The notes: a model not told the origin generated them from the sequence alone. Positions 1 to 10,583 are shown, numbered from the stretch's first letter. The stretch is 64,000 nt of DNA from an uncultured beta proteobacterium (GCA_963774675.1 CAVZFV010000010.1:52793-116792); one strand, 5' to 3'. Translations and numbers: made by a program.

Positions 1-323
1 CCGTTCCGCCCAGTGAACGCATCGAGATGGACACGCTCAGCGACGGCTTTCATCGCATCGTGCTGCACTACGGCTTCATGCAGACGCCCAACATCCCGTC
101 CGAACTGCGGCGCTGCGAGGAGCTCGGGCTGACTCTCGATCTCGACGCGATCCACTATGTCGTGAGCGGTATCGACCTGCTGGCCGGGCGCAAGCGCGAC
201 GGCATGCCGCTGTGGCGCGACAAACTGTTCGCATTCCTGGCGCGCAACACGCAGGACCGTACCGCCGCCTATCACATCCCGATCGATCAGCAGATGACGG
301 TGGGGATGCGCATGGGCATTTGA
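1..323 (+). CDS. kup: Potassium uptake transporter Kup, C-terminal end (5' part outside window)
   Basis: Frame is open to the window edge. The translation ...HRIVLHYGFMQTPNIPSELRRCEELGL...WRDKLFAFLARNTQDRTAAYHIPIDQQMTVGMRMGI resembles the conserved cytoplasmic C-terminus of KUP/HAK/KT transporters (recognised from memory). Confidence 0.7.
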   Translation, partial: VPPSERIEMDTLSDGFHRIVLHYGFMQTPNIPSELRRCEELGLTLDLDAIHYVVSGIDLLAGRKRDGMPLWRDKLFAFLARNTQDRTAAYHIPIDQQMTVGMRMGI

Positions 324-539
324 TTTGATCTGGCCGACGACGCGAATTCCAGAGACTGTTCTCAGGGTCGAGCGGCCAGCGTCCTTGGCGATCCACGCAA
401 TCGATCGAGCACACACTTCGCCGAAAGGAATCCTGGCGCCGCAGGATGCTCGACCGGTGAGCCCCTCGATCCGGGGGTTTCCGCAGCGCGGTTTGGCGAG
501 CAGACTGCCTCACAGTCCACTTTTACATATGGAACATCT

Positions 540-1205
540 ATGAAGCGGTCTCTCGTTCTTACCAGTCTTGCCCTCGTTGCCTCGGCGTCGCAGGCCTATG
601 TGCTCGACTTCGGCAACGGACCCGATCCGCTGCCAATATGTTCGGACAACCTCGAGGGCGTCGGCTCCCCGCTTGCATGCAGCAATGACCTGCTCGTGCT
701 CCAAAACTATGGCGACGTCGCTGGTGTGGTCGATGTCAGCTATCAGCAACCGCTCTTCAGCGACAACCGCTCGCTTCGCTGGTGGGGTACCGAGTACAAC
801 GACCTCTACGGGGTGGTCTGGGCCGATGGCGGCGATGGCCCCAATTCGCACGCGCGGATCGAACTCAAGCCTTTGGACGGCGGGGCGGTGACGTTGACCC
901 ATTTCGACATGGGCGCCTATGTCAGAACCACCCGCGGCACCACCGTCAATGTGTTCGAGATCGGCGGTTCTACGCCGTTATTCACCTATGCTGGCGATGT
1001 CGGTTCGGGGAGTGCGCACAAAAGCTTCGATCTCAGCGTGTCATCGTCCAAGGGTCTGTGGCTCGACTGGCAAGACAGTGCGTACAACGTCGGCATGGAC
1101 AACGTGACCTTCACTGTCAGCGCGGTCCCCGAGCCGTCCACCTATGCGCTGATGCTCTTGGGGTTGGCTGCATGTGGCTTTGTGGCAAAACGGCGCCGCG
1201 CTTGA
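540..1205 (+). CDS. PEP-CTERM sorting-domain exported protein
   Basis: N-terminal signal peptide MKRSLVLTSLALVASASQA. C-terminus VPEPSTYALMLLGLAACGFVAKRRRA has the PEP motif, a hydrophobic helix and an Arg cluster. Confidence 0.8.
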   Translation: MKRSLVLTSLALVASASQAYVLDFGNGPDPLPICSDNLEGVGSPLACSNDLLVLQNYGDVAGVVDVSYQQPLFSDNRSLRWWGTEYNDLYGVVWADGGDGPNSHARIELKPLDGGAVTLTHFDMGAYVRTTRGTTVNVFEIGGSTPLFTYAGDVGSGSAHKSFDLSVSSSKGLWLDWQDSAYNVGMDNVTFTVSAVPEPSTYALMLLGLAACGFVAKRRRA

Positions 1206-1397
1206 ATCCTCGCACATCCGACGCGGTGGGCCCTCGTGGAGCTTAGGTCGCTCTAACGCAGTTCTCAGTGGCGTTGATGCGGCACTTGAGTTGCCGCGCC
1301 AGTTGGCCTGGGCGCTGAGTACGGTCTTTGTGATGGATGCGATTGTGGCTACCGCTCGACGCTGCAGACCCAAGGTCGGCAGCAAACCGCGGCGGTG

Positions 1398-2129
1398 TCA
1401 CTCCAGCGCGTAGGTGAACGTGCTGACGACACGCAGGCGCTTGAGCCGGGCGCTGCCGTCATCAAAGCCCTCGCCGCCGGCTGCGCCGATCTGGATCACG
1501 CCCTGGTTGGCGCTGCGCAGCTTGCCCAGCTCTGCGCCGGCGTCGGCGGCGAACTTCTGGGCCTGCTCACGCGCGTTGCGGGTGGCTTCGGCCAGCAGGG
1601 GTGCCTTGGCTTCGTTGAAGGCGCGCAACTGATAGCGCGGGCCGGCCGGTCCGTCGTTGGCGCCGCCGAGTTGCACTCCCGCCTGAATCAAAGGGTCCAC
1701 GGCCAGCGCCGCAGCTTCTACCGCGGTCGGCTTTGCAGAGGTCACCAAGACCTGCCCGGTGCCCTGGAAACGCAGCGGCTGAGTGCCGCTGCCGTATTCG
1801 CGCGCATAGAGGTCCTGCACCTGGAGCGGGCGCACCTCGATCTCGGTGTCTGCGAAGCCTTGGGCCTTCAGGAAGGCGACGACGCGGTCGCGGTCTTCGG
1901 CGAGCGCGCGCTGCACGACGCCGAAGTCGTTGCCAGCCCGCCGAAAACCAAGCGGCCAGACCGCGTAGTCGGCTTCGATGTCCTTCTCCGCCAAGCCCTT
2001 CACGGTGACCGAGCGATCGGCGGTGCGGAATCGCTCCAGGCCCTTGCCCACGCCGACTCCGCCGGCCGCGAAGCCCAGCGCCAGCACTACAGCGGCGACG
2101 AGGCCGATCGAACGGGTGCCATCAGCCAT
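1398..2129 (-). CDS. SIMPL (DUF541) domain-containing membrane-anchored protein
   Basis: Start moved to ATG 2129, which has AGGAGG 8 nt upstream. N-terminal TM helix IGLVAAVVLALGFAAGG. The body is similar to YggE/SIMPL proteins (..RSVTVKGLAEKDIEADYA.. ..EAKAPLLAEATRNAREQAQKFAADAG..). Confidence 0.6.
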   Translation of the reverse strand: MADGTRSIGLVAAVVLALGFAAGGVGVGKGLERFRTADRSVTVKGLAEKDIEADYAVWPLGFRRAGNDFGVVQRALAEDRDRVVAFLKAQGFADTEIEVRPLQVQDLYAREYGSGTQPLRFQGTGQVLVTSAKPTAVEAAALAVDPLIQAGVQLGGANDGPAGPRYQLRAFNEAKAPLLAEATRNAREQAQKFAADAGAELGKLRSANQGVIQIGAAGGEGFDDGSARLKRLRVVSTFTYALE

Positions 2130-2311
2130 CACATAATCCTCCTGAGCCCGATTCTGGCCCACGCCCAGACCCTGAAACCCAGACGTTCATCCCCTTGCCT
2201 TGCTGAGTTCGGTGCTCCCGAACTCGGTTCTTGCCGAATCGACCGGACGGCAAACCAGCCGCGCTGTCTGGGGTGGAGTCGCTACTGAGTCGCCAAACGA
2301 CATCATCCCGC

Positions 2312-2950
2312 ATGCTGCGCTACACCACGCTCCCCGTCACACCTTTCCAGCAGAACTGCTCCATCGTCTGGTGCGACCAGACGATGGAAGGCGCCGTGAT
2401 CGACCCCGGCGGTGATCTGCCGGAGATCCGTGCCGAGGCGAAGCGGCTCGGCGTGAAGCTGACGCAGATCCTGCTCACGCACGCGCATATCGACCATGCG
2501 GGCGGCACGGCGGCACTTGCGCGCGATCTGGCGCTGCCCATCGTCGGGCCGCATCCGGGCGACCAGTTCTGGATCGACGGCCTGCGCCAGCAGGCGTTGC
2601 AGTTCGGCTTTCCGCCGGCCGAAGCGTTCACGCCCACGCGCTGGCTGCAGGATGGCGACTCGGTGCAGGTTGGCGAGTGCTCGCTTGCGGTGCGCCATTG
2701 TCCGGGCCATACGCCGGGGCACGTCGTCTTTCACAGCGCCGAGGCGAAGCGCGCCTTCGTCGGCGACGTGCTGTTCGCCGGCAGCATCGGCCGCACCGAC
2801 TTCCCGGGCGGTGACCATGCGACGCTGATCTCGAGCATCACCGGCCGCCTGTGGCCAATGGGCGACGACACCGTCTTCATCCCCGGCCACGGCCCCGAAA
2901 GCACGTTCGGACGCGAGCGGCGCAGCAACCCCTACGTCGGCGGTACTTGA
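2312..2950 (+). CDS. MBL-fold metallo-hydrolase (glyoxalase II-like)
   Basis: THAHIDHAGG metal-binding motif, plus later GHTPGH and GDVLFAGSIGRTDFPGG. Start placed at MLRYTTLP (ATG 2312); the longer ORF prefix looks non-coding. Confidence 0.8.
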   Translation: MLRYTTLPVTPFQQNCSIVWCDQTMEGAVIDPGGDLPEIRAEAKRLGVKLTQILLTHAHIDHAGGTAALARDLALPIVGPHPGDQFWIDGLRQQALQFGFPPAEAFTPTRWLQDGDSVQVGECSLAVRHCPGHTPGHVVFHSAEAKRAFVGDVLFAGSIGRTDFPGGDHATLISSITGRLWPMGDDTVFIPGHGPESTFGRERRSNPYVGGT

Positions 2951-2960
2951 CTAACCGCCC

Positions 2961-5093
2961 ATGTCCCGCCCCCCGGATACCCTCAACCCCGCGCAACTCG
3001 AAGCCGTGCACCACCTCGGCGGTGCGTGCCTCGTGCTCGCCGGCGCCGGTTCAGGCAAGACGCGCGTCATCGTGCACAAGATCGCGCGGCTGCTGCAGGC
3101 AGGCTTTGAGCCGAAGCAGATCGCCGCTATCACCTTCACCAACAAGGCGGCGCAGGAGATGCGCGAACGCGCGAAGGCGCTCGTCGGGCCACGCGCGGCG
3201 AAGGATCTGGTCGTCAGCACTTTCCACGCGCTCGGCGTGCGCATCCTGCGCGCCGATGGCGAGCGAATCGGCCTCAAAGCCCGCTTCTCGATTCTCGATG
3301 CCGACGACGTGCTGGGCGTCTTGAAAGATGCCGGCGGCACAACCGACAACGCGCTTGCGCGGCGCTGGCAGTGGGCGATCAGCCTGTGGAAAAACCAGGG
3401 CTTCGCGAGCCACCAGGTCGAGCCGGCGAGCGACGACGAGCGCGTCGCGCAGCGCGTGATGCAGCGCTTTGAAGAACGCCTCACCGCCTATCAGGCGGTG
3501 GATTTTGATGACCTGATCGGCCTGCCCTTGAAGCTGCTGCGCACCGACGCCGAGGTGCGCGCCAAGTGGCAGCAGACGCTGCGCTACCTGCTCATCGACG
3601 AGGTGCAGGACACCAACGCGACGCAGTACGAACTCTTGAAGCTGCTCACCGATCCGGAGGCGCCGCTCTTCACTGCGGTCGGCGACGACGACCAGAGCAT
3701 CTACGGCTGGCGCGGCGCGACGATCGAAAACCTCGCCCGCCTCGCGCAGGACTATCCGACGCTCAAGGTCATCGCGCTCGAGCAGAACTACCGATCCACC
3801 GGCGCCATCCTGCGCGCGGCCAACGCGGTGATCGCCAACAACCCGAAGCTCTACGAGAAGAAGCTGTGGAGCGAATTCGGCGACGGCGATCCAGTCACGC
3901 TGATGGAGTGTGACGGCGAGGAACACGAGGCCGAACGTGCCGTGGCGCGCGTGCAGGCCCTGCGCGCAAACCTTGGGGCCGTTGCTGGCGCAACGGGCGG
4001 CCACGCGGTCAGCTACAGTGATTTCGCGATCCTCTACCGCGCGAACCACCAGGCGCGCGCGTTCGAGCAGAAACTGCGCGCGGCACAGATCCCGTACAAG
4101 GTCTCGGGCGGGCAGAGCTTCTTCGACCGCGCCGAAATTCGTGACCTGTGCGCGTGGCTGCGCCTGCTCGTGAACCCGGACGACGACACCGCCTTCTTGC
4201 GCGCGGTGACGAGCCCCAAACGCGGCATCGGCCACCAGACACTCGCAAGCCTCGGCGAATTCGCCGGACGGTGGAAGACGAGCCTGTTCGAGGCGCTGTT
4301 CGCCGACAGCCTCGGCGCGGCGCTCAATCGCAAGGCGATCGGGACGCTGCACGAGTTCGGTCGATTCGTGAACGAGCTCGAATACAAGTCCCGCCACACG
4401 CGCGGCACCGAAGACGCGAAGGCGCTGCTGCTGCAGTGGCTGAAGGACATCGGCTACGAACAGCACCTGCACGACGGCGAGGACAGCGAGAAGCTCGCCG
4501 CCGCGCGCTGGTCCAACGTGCTCGATTTCATCGACTGGGTCGCGCGCCGTTGCGGCGGGGAGCTGACCGAGGACGGCGGCCGCTTCGAATCCGAAGCGAA
4601 GAGCCTGCTCGAAGTGGCGCAATCGATCAGCGTGATCGTGAGCCTCGCCGAGCGTGGCGACGAGCGGGACGTACTGACGCTCTCGACGCTGCATGCGGCC
4701 AAAGGGCTCGAATGGGCGCACGTTGTGCTTGCCGGCGTCAACGAGGGCTTGCTGCCGTTCGCTGCAAAGACTGTCGCGAAAAGTACCGGCAAGGCCGGCG
4801 ATGGCGCTGAGCGCGAAGCGCTCACGCCGGAGCAGCTACAGGAAGAGCGCCGCCTGATGTACGTCGGCATCACCCGCGCGCGCAGCACGCTCGCGGTGAG
4901 TACGCTGCGCCGGCGCAAGCGCGGGCGCGAGGCGGTGGCGGGCGTGCCGAGCCGCTTCATCAAGGAGATGAAGCTCGATGAAGTGACGCAAAAGGTCGAT
5001 CCGCGCGAGCGCCTGAAGGCACTGCGTGCGGCAACTGCGCTGCGCGTCGAGCAGGCAGAACGCGAAGCGCGGCAGGAGCCCGCTGGCGGGTGA
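2961..5093 (+). CDS. rep: UvrD/Rep-family ATP-dependent DNA helicase (Rep-like)
   Basis: 710 aa. Walker A AGAGSGKT, FTNKAAQEM, DEVQDTN, YRSTG and TLHAAKGLEW are SF1 helicase motifs. N-terminus is most like Rep. Confidence 0.8.
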   Translation: MSRPPDTLNPAQLEAVHHLGGACLVLAGAGSGKTRVIVHKIARLLQAGFEPKQIAAITFTNKAAQEMRERAKALVGPRAAKDLVVSTFHALGVRILRADGERIGLKARFSILDADDVLGVLKDAGGTTDNALARRWQWAISLWKNQGFASHQVEPASDDERVAQRVMQRFEERLTAYQAVDFDDLIGLPLKLLRTDAEVRAKWQQTLRYLLIDEVQDTNATQYELLKLLTDPEAPLFTAVGDDDQSIYGWRGATIENLARLAQDYPTLKVIALEQNYRSTGAILRAANAVIANNPKLYEKKLWSEFGDGDPVTLMECDGEEHEAERAVARVQALRANLGAVAGATGGHAVSYSDFAILYRANHQARAFEQKLRAAQIPYKVSGGQSFFDRAEIRDLCAWLRLLVNPDDDTAFLRAVTSPKRGIGHQTLASLGEFAGRWKTSLFEALFADSLGAALNRKAIGTLHEFGRFVNELEYKSRHTRGTEDAKALLLQWLKDIGYEQHLHDGEDSEKLAAARWSNVLDFIDWVARRCGGELTEDGGRFESEAKSLLEVAQSISVIVSLAERGDERDVLTLSTLHAAKGLEWAHVVLAGVNEGLLPFAAKTVAKSTGKAGDGAEREALTPEQLQEERRLMYVGITRARSTLAVSTLRRRKRGREAVAGVPSRFIKEMKLDEVTQKVDPRERLKALRAATALRVEQAEREARQEPAGG

Positions 5094-5194
5094 GCGATGT
5101 CAAGTTACTGCCCTTGCGGCCGAAAACCGGGCTGGAGAGCGCTTGCTCGCGGAGCAGGTGCGCCTGAGGCGGCACCGACAACCGAGGTTTTGGA

Positions 5195-8100
5195 GTGAAA
5201 GACAGCAAGACTGAACCGGCAGATCCACACGCGGCGCGAGGGGCGGCGCAAGGTGCGGCGCACACGGTGGCGCACACCCCGCGCTTCTGGCTCGACGCCG
5301 CCGCGATGCTGGCGGCGATCTTCGCGGCGGACTTGCTCGTGCTCGTCATGCTGAAGCAGTGGACGCATTCGATGCAGGGCTGGCAAGCGGCGCTGCTCGA
5401 TGCGGTGTTCCTGCTCGTGCTGCTGGCGGCGCCGCTGATTCTGCTGCTGCGATCGGCGCGCTATGCGGCGCACCATGCGGCGCGCGGTGTCGACGCGCAC
5501 GCCGGCGCCGAATCGTCTTCCGGCACGCACGCGCTCAAGCCGTACCGCCAGCAGCGGCTGCGCGCGGCCTTGTACGGCACGCTGATCGTGATCGGGATGG
5601 CTGCCGGCTGGCAGGTGTGGCACGCGCAGCAGGCCGAGGCCGCGCGCCAGGTCGACGCCGAGCTGATCACGCTCGCCGGACACCAGCGGATGCAGAGTCA
5701 GCGCATCGGTCGGCTCGCCGCGCTGGCGTCTCTTGCCCCACGCAACGCCGGGCCGCATCTGGCCGAGATCGAGCAATCGCGCAAGCTGATGGAGGCGGCG
5801 TCCAGACGGCTGACGGCGCTGATCGAGCTCCAGCGCCACACGGGCGACGCTCCTTCCGACGACATCACCCATCTCGTGAGCCGCGTCAGCGTGCAGCAGG
5901 AGTCGCTGTGGGAGAACGCCGGTTACGTCGCCAAGGTCGCGCCCGACATGATGCCGCCGATCGCGCTCGGCCTGCAGGGCGTGGCCGAGGCCTACCTGCG
6001 CGACATGGACGCACTCGCCGCGGCGTTGCAGGTCGAGGCCGACGCGCGCAGCCAGCGCGCGGAAGAGTCCAACGGCGAATGGGCGCTGCTGATGTTCGCG
6101 TTGCTCGCCTGCCTCGCGCTCGCCGTGTTCGAGCCGCTGGTGCGCGTGCTGCGCCGCCAGCATGAGAAGCTCGTTGCCCAGGCGGCGGAGACAAAATACC
6201 TCGCGCTCGCCGCGCAGCGCACCGGCAGCGGCGTGATCTTCACCGACCGCGAGCACCGTGTCGTTTGGGTCAACGCTGGTTTCACGCGGATGTCGGGCTA
6301 CACGCTCGCGGAGGTGGCCGGCCGCGCGCCGGGTCAGGTGCTCGGCTCCACGCGCACGCCAGCGGAAACGCTGGAGCGCCTGCGTCAGGCCATCGTCGGG
6401 CGCACGGAACTCAAGATTCCGTTGTGCAACCGGACCAAGGACGGGCGCGAGTTTTGGGTCGAGATGGACCTGCAGCCGCTGACCGACGAGCAGGGCGCAC
6501 CCAATGGCTACGTCGAGGTGATCTCCGACATCACCGACCAGGTGCTGCAGCGCGAACACATGGCCACGCTGATCGAGGCGATGCCGGTCGGCATGGTGGT
6601 GATCGACGCGAACGGGCGTTTTGTCGAGTCGAACAAGGCCGCCAGCCGCATCCTCGGCGTGAGCGCCGACGAGCTGTGCGGGCAGACCATCGACGACGCG
6701 CGCTGGCAAGGCGTGCACGAGGACGGTCGCCCGTTTGACGAGGCCGAGGAGCCTGTACGGCGCAGCCTGCGCGCCGGCGAGCCGGCGAGCGGCGTCGTGA
6801 TGGGCATTCCGGGCGGCGGCGGCAGCCTGCGCTGGATGTCACTCGACACCCAGCCGCTGCGCGACCGCAGCGGCGCGGTCGAGAACGTCATCGTCTGCTT
6901 CGTCGACCTGACCGAGAAGCGCGCGCAGGAGGTGCGCCTCGGCCTGATGGTCGAGGGTGCGGCGCTCGGCACCTGGGAGTTGCGGCTTGCGAACGGCAAG
7001 GCGCGCTTCAACGACATGTGGATGCGCATGCTCGGCTACGCGCCGGAACAAATCGAACAAAGCCTCGAAGGCTGGCGCCGGCTCGTGCACCCGGACGACT
7101 TGCCGGCGGTGCAGGCATTGCTCGACGCCCATCTTCGCGACCCAGCCATCGCCTACAGAACCGAATTGCGAATGCGCCACGCGAGCGGCCACTGGGCTTG
7201 GGTGATGACGGCGGGCGCAGTCGTCGAACGTGATGTCAATGGCGAGCCGCTGGTGATGTCCGGCGTGCACCTCGACATCGACCCCGCCAAGCGTGCCGAA
7301 GCGGCGACGCAGGAGGCGCGCGAGCGCGCCGAGCATGCGCTGTCGGAGCTGCGGGCCTATCAAGCCGCGCTCGACAAGCACGCGATCGTCTCCGTCACCG
7401 ACCCGTCCGGCACGATCAAGCATGCGAACGACCGCTTCTGCCAGGTCAGCCAATACAGCCGGGAAGAACTGGTCGGCCAGACGCACCGCATCGTCAACTC
7501 GGGCACCCATCCGCGCCAGTTCTGGGCCGACATGTGGCGCAACGTGACGGCCGGGCGCAGCTGGCATGGCGAGGTCTGCAGCCGCGCGCGTGACGGCTCG
7601 CACTACTGGGCAGACACGACGATCGTGCCGGTACAGGACGTGCAATCGCGCGTCACCGAGCACGTTGCGATCCGGACCGACATCACCCAGAGGAAGCAGC
7701 TCGAGGAGCAATTGCGCAGCGCCGCGCTGACCGATGGCCTGACGCAACTGCCCAACCGCGTCTCGGTGCTGGGCAAGCTTCACGATGCGGTGCTGCGCGC
7801 GCGCCGCCTGCACGACTATCGCTTCGCCGTGCTGTTCATGGATTTCGACCGCTTCAAGCTCGTCAACGACAGCCTGGGGCACGACGTCGGTGACGAGCTG
7901 CTGCGCCAGATCGCGCTGCGCCTGCGCCTCGCTCTGCGCGAGGGCGACGCCGTGGCGCGCGGCGAGGACGACGGCGCCCATACCGCGGCGCGTATCGGCG
8001 GCGACGAATTCGTGATCCTGCTCGATGGCATCCGCGGCGTCGAGGACGCCGAGCTCGTCGCGCGCCGGCTGCTGTTCATTCTTTCGCAGCCCTACCAGAT

Positions 8101-9064
8101 CGGCGAGCACGAGGTGCATTCAAGCGTCAGCATCGGCGTCGTCGCGAGCGACACCAACCGGGGTGACGCCGACGCCTTGCTGCGCGACGCCGACACCGCG
8201 ATGTACGAGGCCAAGCGCGCGGGGCGTGGGCGCTACGTGCTGTTCGACGCCACCATGCACGAGCGCGTCGCCCGCACGCTGGACCTCGAGAACGACCTGC
8301 GCCGCGCGCTGCAGAACGACGAATTCTTCGTCGTCTACCAGCCGATCGTCGATCTCGCGAGCGGCGCGCTGCGTGGCGTCGAAGCGCTCGCGCGCTGGCG
8401 CCACCCGGAGCGCGGCATCGTGCCGCCGCTCGAGTTCATCCCCGTCGCCGAGGAAACCGGGCTCATCACCGCGCTCGGCGCGCGTGTCCTGCGTGATGCC
8501 TGCGATCAGTTCATGCTCTGGCGCGAGACGCTCGGCGATGCCGCGCCGCAGAGCGTCGCCGTCAACCTCTCGCGCGCGCAGCTGTGCCAGGACGATCTGG
8601 ATGAGCGCGTGCAGCACGAACTCCTGCGCTCGGGCATGCCGCCGCAATGCCTGCGCCTGGAGGTAACGGAAAGCCTCGCGATGCAGGACAGCAGCGCCCT
8701 CGGCATGCTGCACCGCTTGAAGGCGCTCGGCGTCAGCCTGGCGCTCGACGACTTCGGCACCGGCTACTCGTCGCTCGCCTGCTTGCACGAGATCCCGGTC
8801 GATATCGTCAAGATCGACCGCTCCTTCGTCAGCCAACTCGGGCAGAACGACCACCGTCGTGTGCTGATCCAGGCCACCGTGCTCGTCGCGCGCGCGCTCG
8901 GCATCAAGACCGTGGCCGAAGGCGTCGAGACAGCCGAGCAGGCGCAACTGCTGGAAGACCTCGGCTGCACCATGGCGCAAGGCTTCCTGTTCGGGCGGCC
9001 GTTGACGCCGACGGAGTTCGCGCAGTGGCAGTGCCCGCTGCTCGAGGCGACGACCTGGGCCTGA
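5195..9064 (+). CDS. Membrane sensor with PilJ/NarX-type sensing box, multiple PAS domains, GGDEF and EAL domains
   Basis: 1289 aa. N-terminal TM segments, LAGHQRMQSQRIGRL box, several PAS-like blocks, GGDEF (ARIGGDEFVILL) and EAL (EALARWRHPERG, DDFGTGYSSL). Confidence 0.85.
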   Translation: MKDSKTEPADPHAARGAAQGAAHTVAHTPRFWLDAAAMLAAIFAADLLVLVMLKQWTHSMQGWQAALLDAVFLLVLLAAPLILLLRSARYAAHHAARGVDAHAGAESSSGTHALKPYRQQRLRAALYGTLIVIGMAAGWQVWHAQQAEAARQVDAELITLAGHQRMQSQRIGRLAALASLAPRNAGPHLAEIEQSRKLMEAASRRLTALIELQRHTGDAPSDDITHLVSRVSVQQESLWENAGYVAKVAPDMMPPIALGLQGVAEAYLRDMDALAAALQVEADARSQRAEESNGEWALLMFALLACLALAVFEPLVRVLRRQHEKLVAQAAETKYLALAAQRTGSGVIFTDREHRVVWVNAGFTRMSGYTLAEVAGRAPGQVLGSTRTPAETLERLRQAIVGRTELKIPLCNRTKDGREFWVEMDLQPLTDEQGAPNGYVEVISDITDQVLQREHMATLIEAMPVGMVVIDANGRFVESNKAASRILGVSADELCGQTIDDARWQGVHEDGRPFDEAEEPVRRSLRAGEPASGVVMGIPGGGGSLRWMSLDTQPLRDRSGAVENVIVCFVDLTEKRAQEVRLGLMVEGAALGTWELRLANGKARFNDMWMRMLGYAPEQIEQSLEGWRRLVHPDDLPAVQALLDAHLRDPAIAYRTELRMRHASGHWAWVMTAGAVVERDVNGEPLVMSGVHLDIDPAKRAEAATQEARERAEHALSELRAYQAALDKHAIVSVTDPSGTIKHANDRFCQVSQYSREELVGQTHRIVNSGTHPRQFWADMWRNVTAGRSWHGEVCSRARDGSHYWADTTIVPVQDVQSRVTEHVAIRTDITQRKQLEEQLRSAALTDGLTQLPNRVSVLGKLHDAVLRARRLHDYRFAVLFMDFDRFKLVNDSLGHDVGDELLRQIALRLRLALREGDAVARGEDDGAHTAARIGGDEFVILLDGIRGVEDAELVARRLLFILSQPYQIGEHEVHSSVSIGVVASDTNRGDADALLRDADTAMYEAKRAGRGRYVLFDATMHERVARTLDLENDLRRALQNDEFFVVYQPIVDLASGALRGVEALARWRHPERGIVPPLEFIPVAEETGLITALGARVLRDACDQFMLWRETLGDAAPQSVAVNLSRAQLCQDDLDERVQHELLRSGMPPQCLRLEVTESLAMQDSSALGMLHRLKALGVSLALDDFGTGYSSLACLHEIPVDIVKIDRSFVSQLGQNDHRRVLIQATVLVARALGIKTVAEGVETAEQAQLLEDLGCTMAQGFLFGRPLTPTEFAQWQCPLLEATTWA

Positions 9065-9196
9065 CCTGCGCCTGATCTGCGGTTGACCGGGCAGCCTCGC
9101 CGCGCTTCGTTCACACCCGGCCGTCGGGGCAATCCCTCAGGCGGCGCGGCTCTTTCCCGGATAGCGTTGCGCAGTCACGTTGCCGAAGTGCTGTTC

Positions 9197-9895
9197 ATGC
9201 CCGTTCACCTATATCGCCTTTTGCCCTGGGCCGCTGCGTTGACGGCGCTGCTCACGATCGCCGGCAACATGCTGCCCTCGCCCGCGCTCGTCTACCTCTT
9301 CAAGCCAGCGACCACGCTGCTCATCATCGCCTGGGCCGGGCCGCGCGGCGCCGACGCACCGGCCGTGCGGCGCTGGGTGCTGATCGGCCTCGTGCTCTCG
9401 CTTGCCGGCGATGTCTTCCTGATGTGGCCGCAGGGTTTTCTGTTGGGGCTCGTGTCCTTCCTGCTCGCGCACCTGGCGTACATCGTCGCGTTTACGCGCA
9501 GCGTGCGGTTCGCGGCGCGGCCGCTGCCCTTCGTGCTCTATGCGCTCGTCGCCGCCGTGCTGCTGACGCAGCTCTGGCCGGGCGTGCCGGCGCCACTGCG
9601 CCTCCCGGTGCTCGCCTACGTCGTCTGCCTCGCGGCGATGGCGGCGCAGGCGGGTGTCGTCTGGCTTGCCGCCCGCGGCAGCGACGGTGAATCGCTGGCA
9701 CGCAGCGCAGCGATCGGCGGCGTGCTCTTCATGGCGTCGGACACGCTGCTCGCGTTCAACAAGTTCAGCGCGCCGGTGCCGCTTTCGGCGCTGCTGATCC
9801 TGGTGGCGTATTGGTTGGCGCAGGGTTTGATCGCTGCATGTCTTTCGCCAAGGAACGGCCATGCCCCCACCTATACTGACCCGACGAGAAGGTGA
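9197..9895 (+). CDS. YhhN-family (lysoplasmalogenase-like) membrane protein
   Basis: Polytopic membrane protein with FKPATTLLII and SFLLAHLAYIVAF motifs typical of YhhN. Start placed at MPVHLYRLL. Confidence 0.6.
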   Translation: MPVHLYRLLPWAAALTALLTIAGNMLPSPALVYLFKPATTLLIIAWAGPRGADAPAVRRWVLIGLVLSLAGDVFLMWPQGFLLGLVSFLLAHLAYIVAFTRSVRFAARPLPFVLYALVAAVLLTQLWPGVPAPLRLPVLAYVVCLAAMAAQAGVVWLAARGSDGESLARSAAIGGVLFMASDTLLAFNKFSAPVPLSALLILVAYWLAQGLIAACLSPRNGHAPTYTDPTRR

Positions 9896-9946
9896 AGCCC
9901 ACCGGCGTCCTTCGCAGACACTTGAATCTGCGTGAGGAGTGAGCGC

Positions 9947-10159
9947 ATGAAACATGTGATTCAAGTTCACATCGAGAAGCTGCCGGAGGGCGTCTACCTC
10001 GCCACCAGCGACGAAGTGCAAGGGTTGGTCGCGCAGGGCCGCACGATCCAGGAAACGATCGAAATCGCGCGCGACGTTGCCCGCAAGCTGATCGATTCGC
10101 AATCGGGCGCTGCGAAGGCAAGTGGTCGCCGGTTCGAGAGGTTTTTGACTACCCGTTGA
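9947..10159 (+). CDS. HicB-like (DUF1902-type) antitoxin
   Basis: MKHVIQVHIEKLPEGVYLATSDEVQGLVAQGRTIQETIEIARDVARKLI matches the small HicB/DUF1902 fold pattern. GAGGAG lies upstream of the ATG. Confidence 0.5.
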   Translation: MKHVIQVHIEKLPEGVYLATSDEVQGLVAQGRTIQETIEIARDVARKLIDSQSGAAKASGRRFERFLTTR

Positions 10160-10172
10160 TCGTTGCCAGCTG

Positions 10173-10370
10173 ATGGGCAGGCTTGCCGGCTTCAGCTTTC
10201 ACGAGATCATCAAGCGGCTGAAGGCCCTGCCGAGCGGGCCACGAAACCACCGCAAGCTGAGATGGCAGGAAATGCCATTTATCGTCATTCATGGCAACTG
10301 GGCGCGAAAGGAGGGGCACGATGCAAGGCATGAACATCTTGCTGCCGGAGCCGCTCAAGCAGTTTGTTGA
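10173..10370 (+). CDS. HicA-like toxin, probably degenerate
   Basis: The N-terminal half (FSFHEIIKRLKAL...FIVIHGN) resembles HicA/YcfA. The GSH motif and C-terminus are not recognisable, and the ORF overlaps the parD start. Confidence 0.3.
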   Translation: MGRLAGFSFHEIIKRLKALPSGPRNHRKLRWQEMPFIVIHGNWARKEGHDARHEHLAAGAAQAVC

Positions 10371-10575
10371 CGGCCAGATTGCGCAGGGGCGCTACAGCAG
10401 CGCGAGCGAGTACCTACGCGAGCTGATACGCGCCGACGAGCAGCGCAAGGCGCAGGCCCAGTTGGAAGCGAAGTTGCTCGAGGGCCTGCAGGGTCCCGAA
10501 GCAGACGTGAGCGCCGCCGAGTGGCGCGCGATCCGCTCCGACGCGATGGCGATCCTGGCGGCCCGAAGCCGTTAG
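10321..10575 (+). CDS. parD: ParD/CopG-type antitoxin
   Basis: MQGMNILLPEPLKQFVDGQIAQGRYSSASEYLRELIRADE is a ParD-family ribbon-helix-helix N-terminus. AAGGAGG lies 6-7 nt upstream. Confidence 0.75.
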   Translation: MQGMNILLPEPLKQFVDGQIAQGRYSSASEYLRELIRADEQRKAQAQLEAKLLEGLQGPEADVSAAEWRAIRSDAMAILAARSR

Positions 10576-10583
10576 GTGCTCGA

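Noticed and set aside
3051-4721. 556-aa ORF antisense to the Rep helicase gene. Similar long antisense ORFs occur at 5105-6718, 6839-8119 and 8120-8980 opposite the PAS-GGDEF-EAL gene.
   Set aside because: Arg/Ala/Gly/Leu-rich translations with no motifs. They overlap strongly supported genes completely. These are typical GC-rich shadow ORFs.
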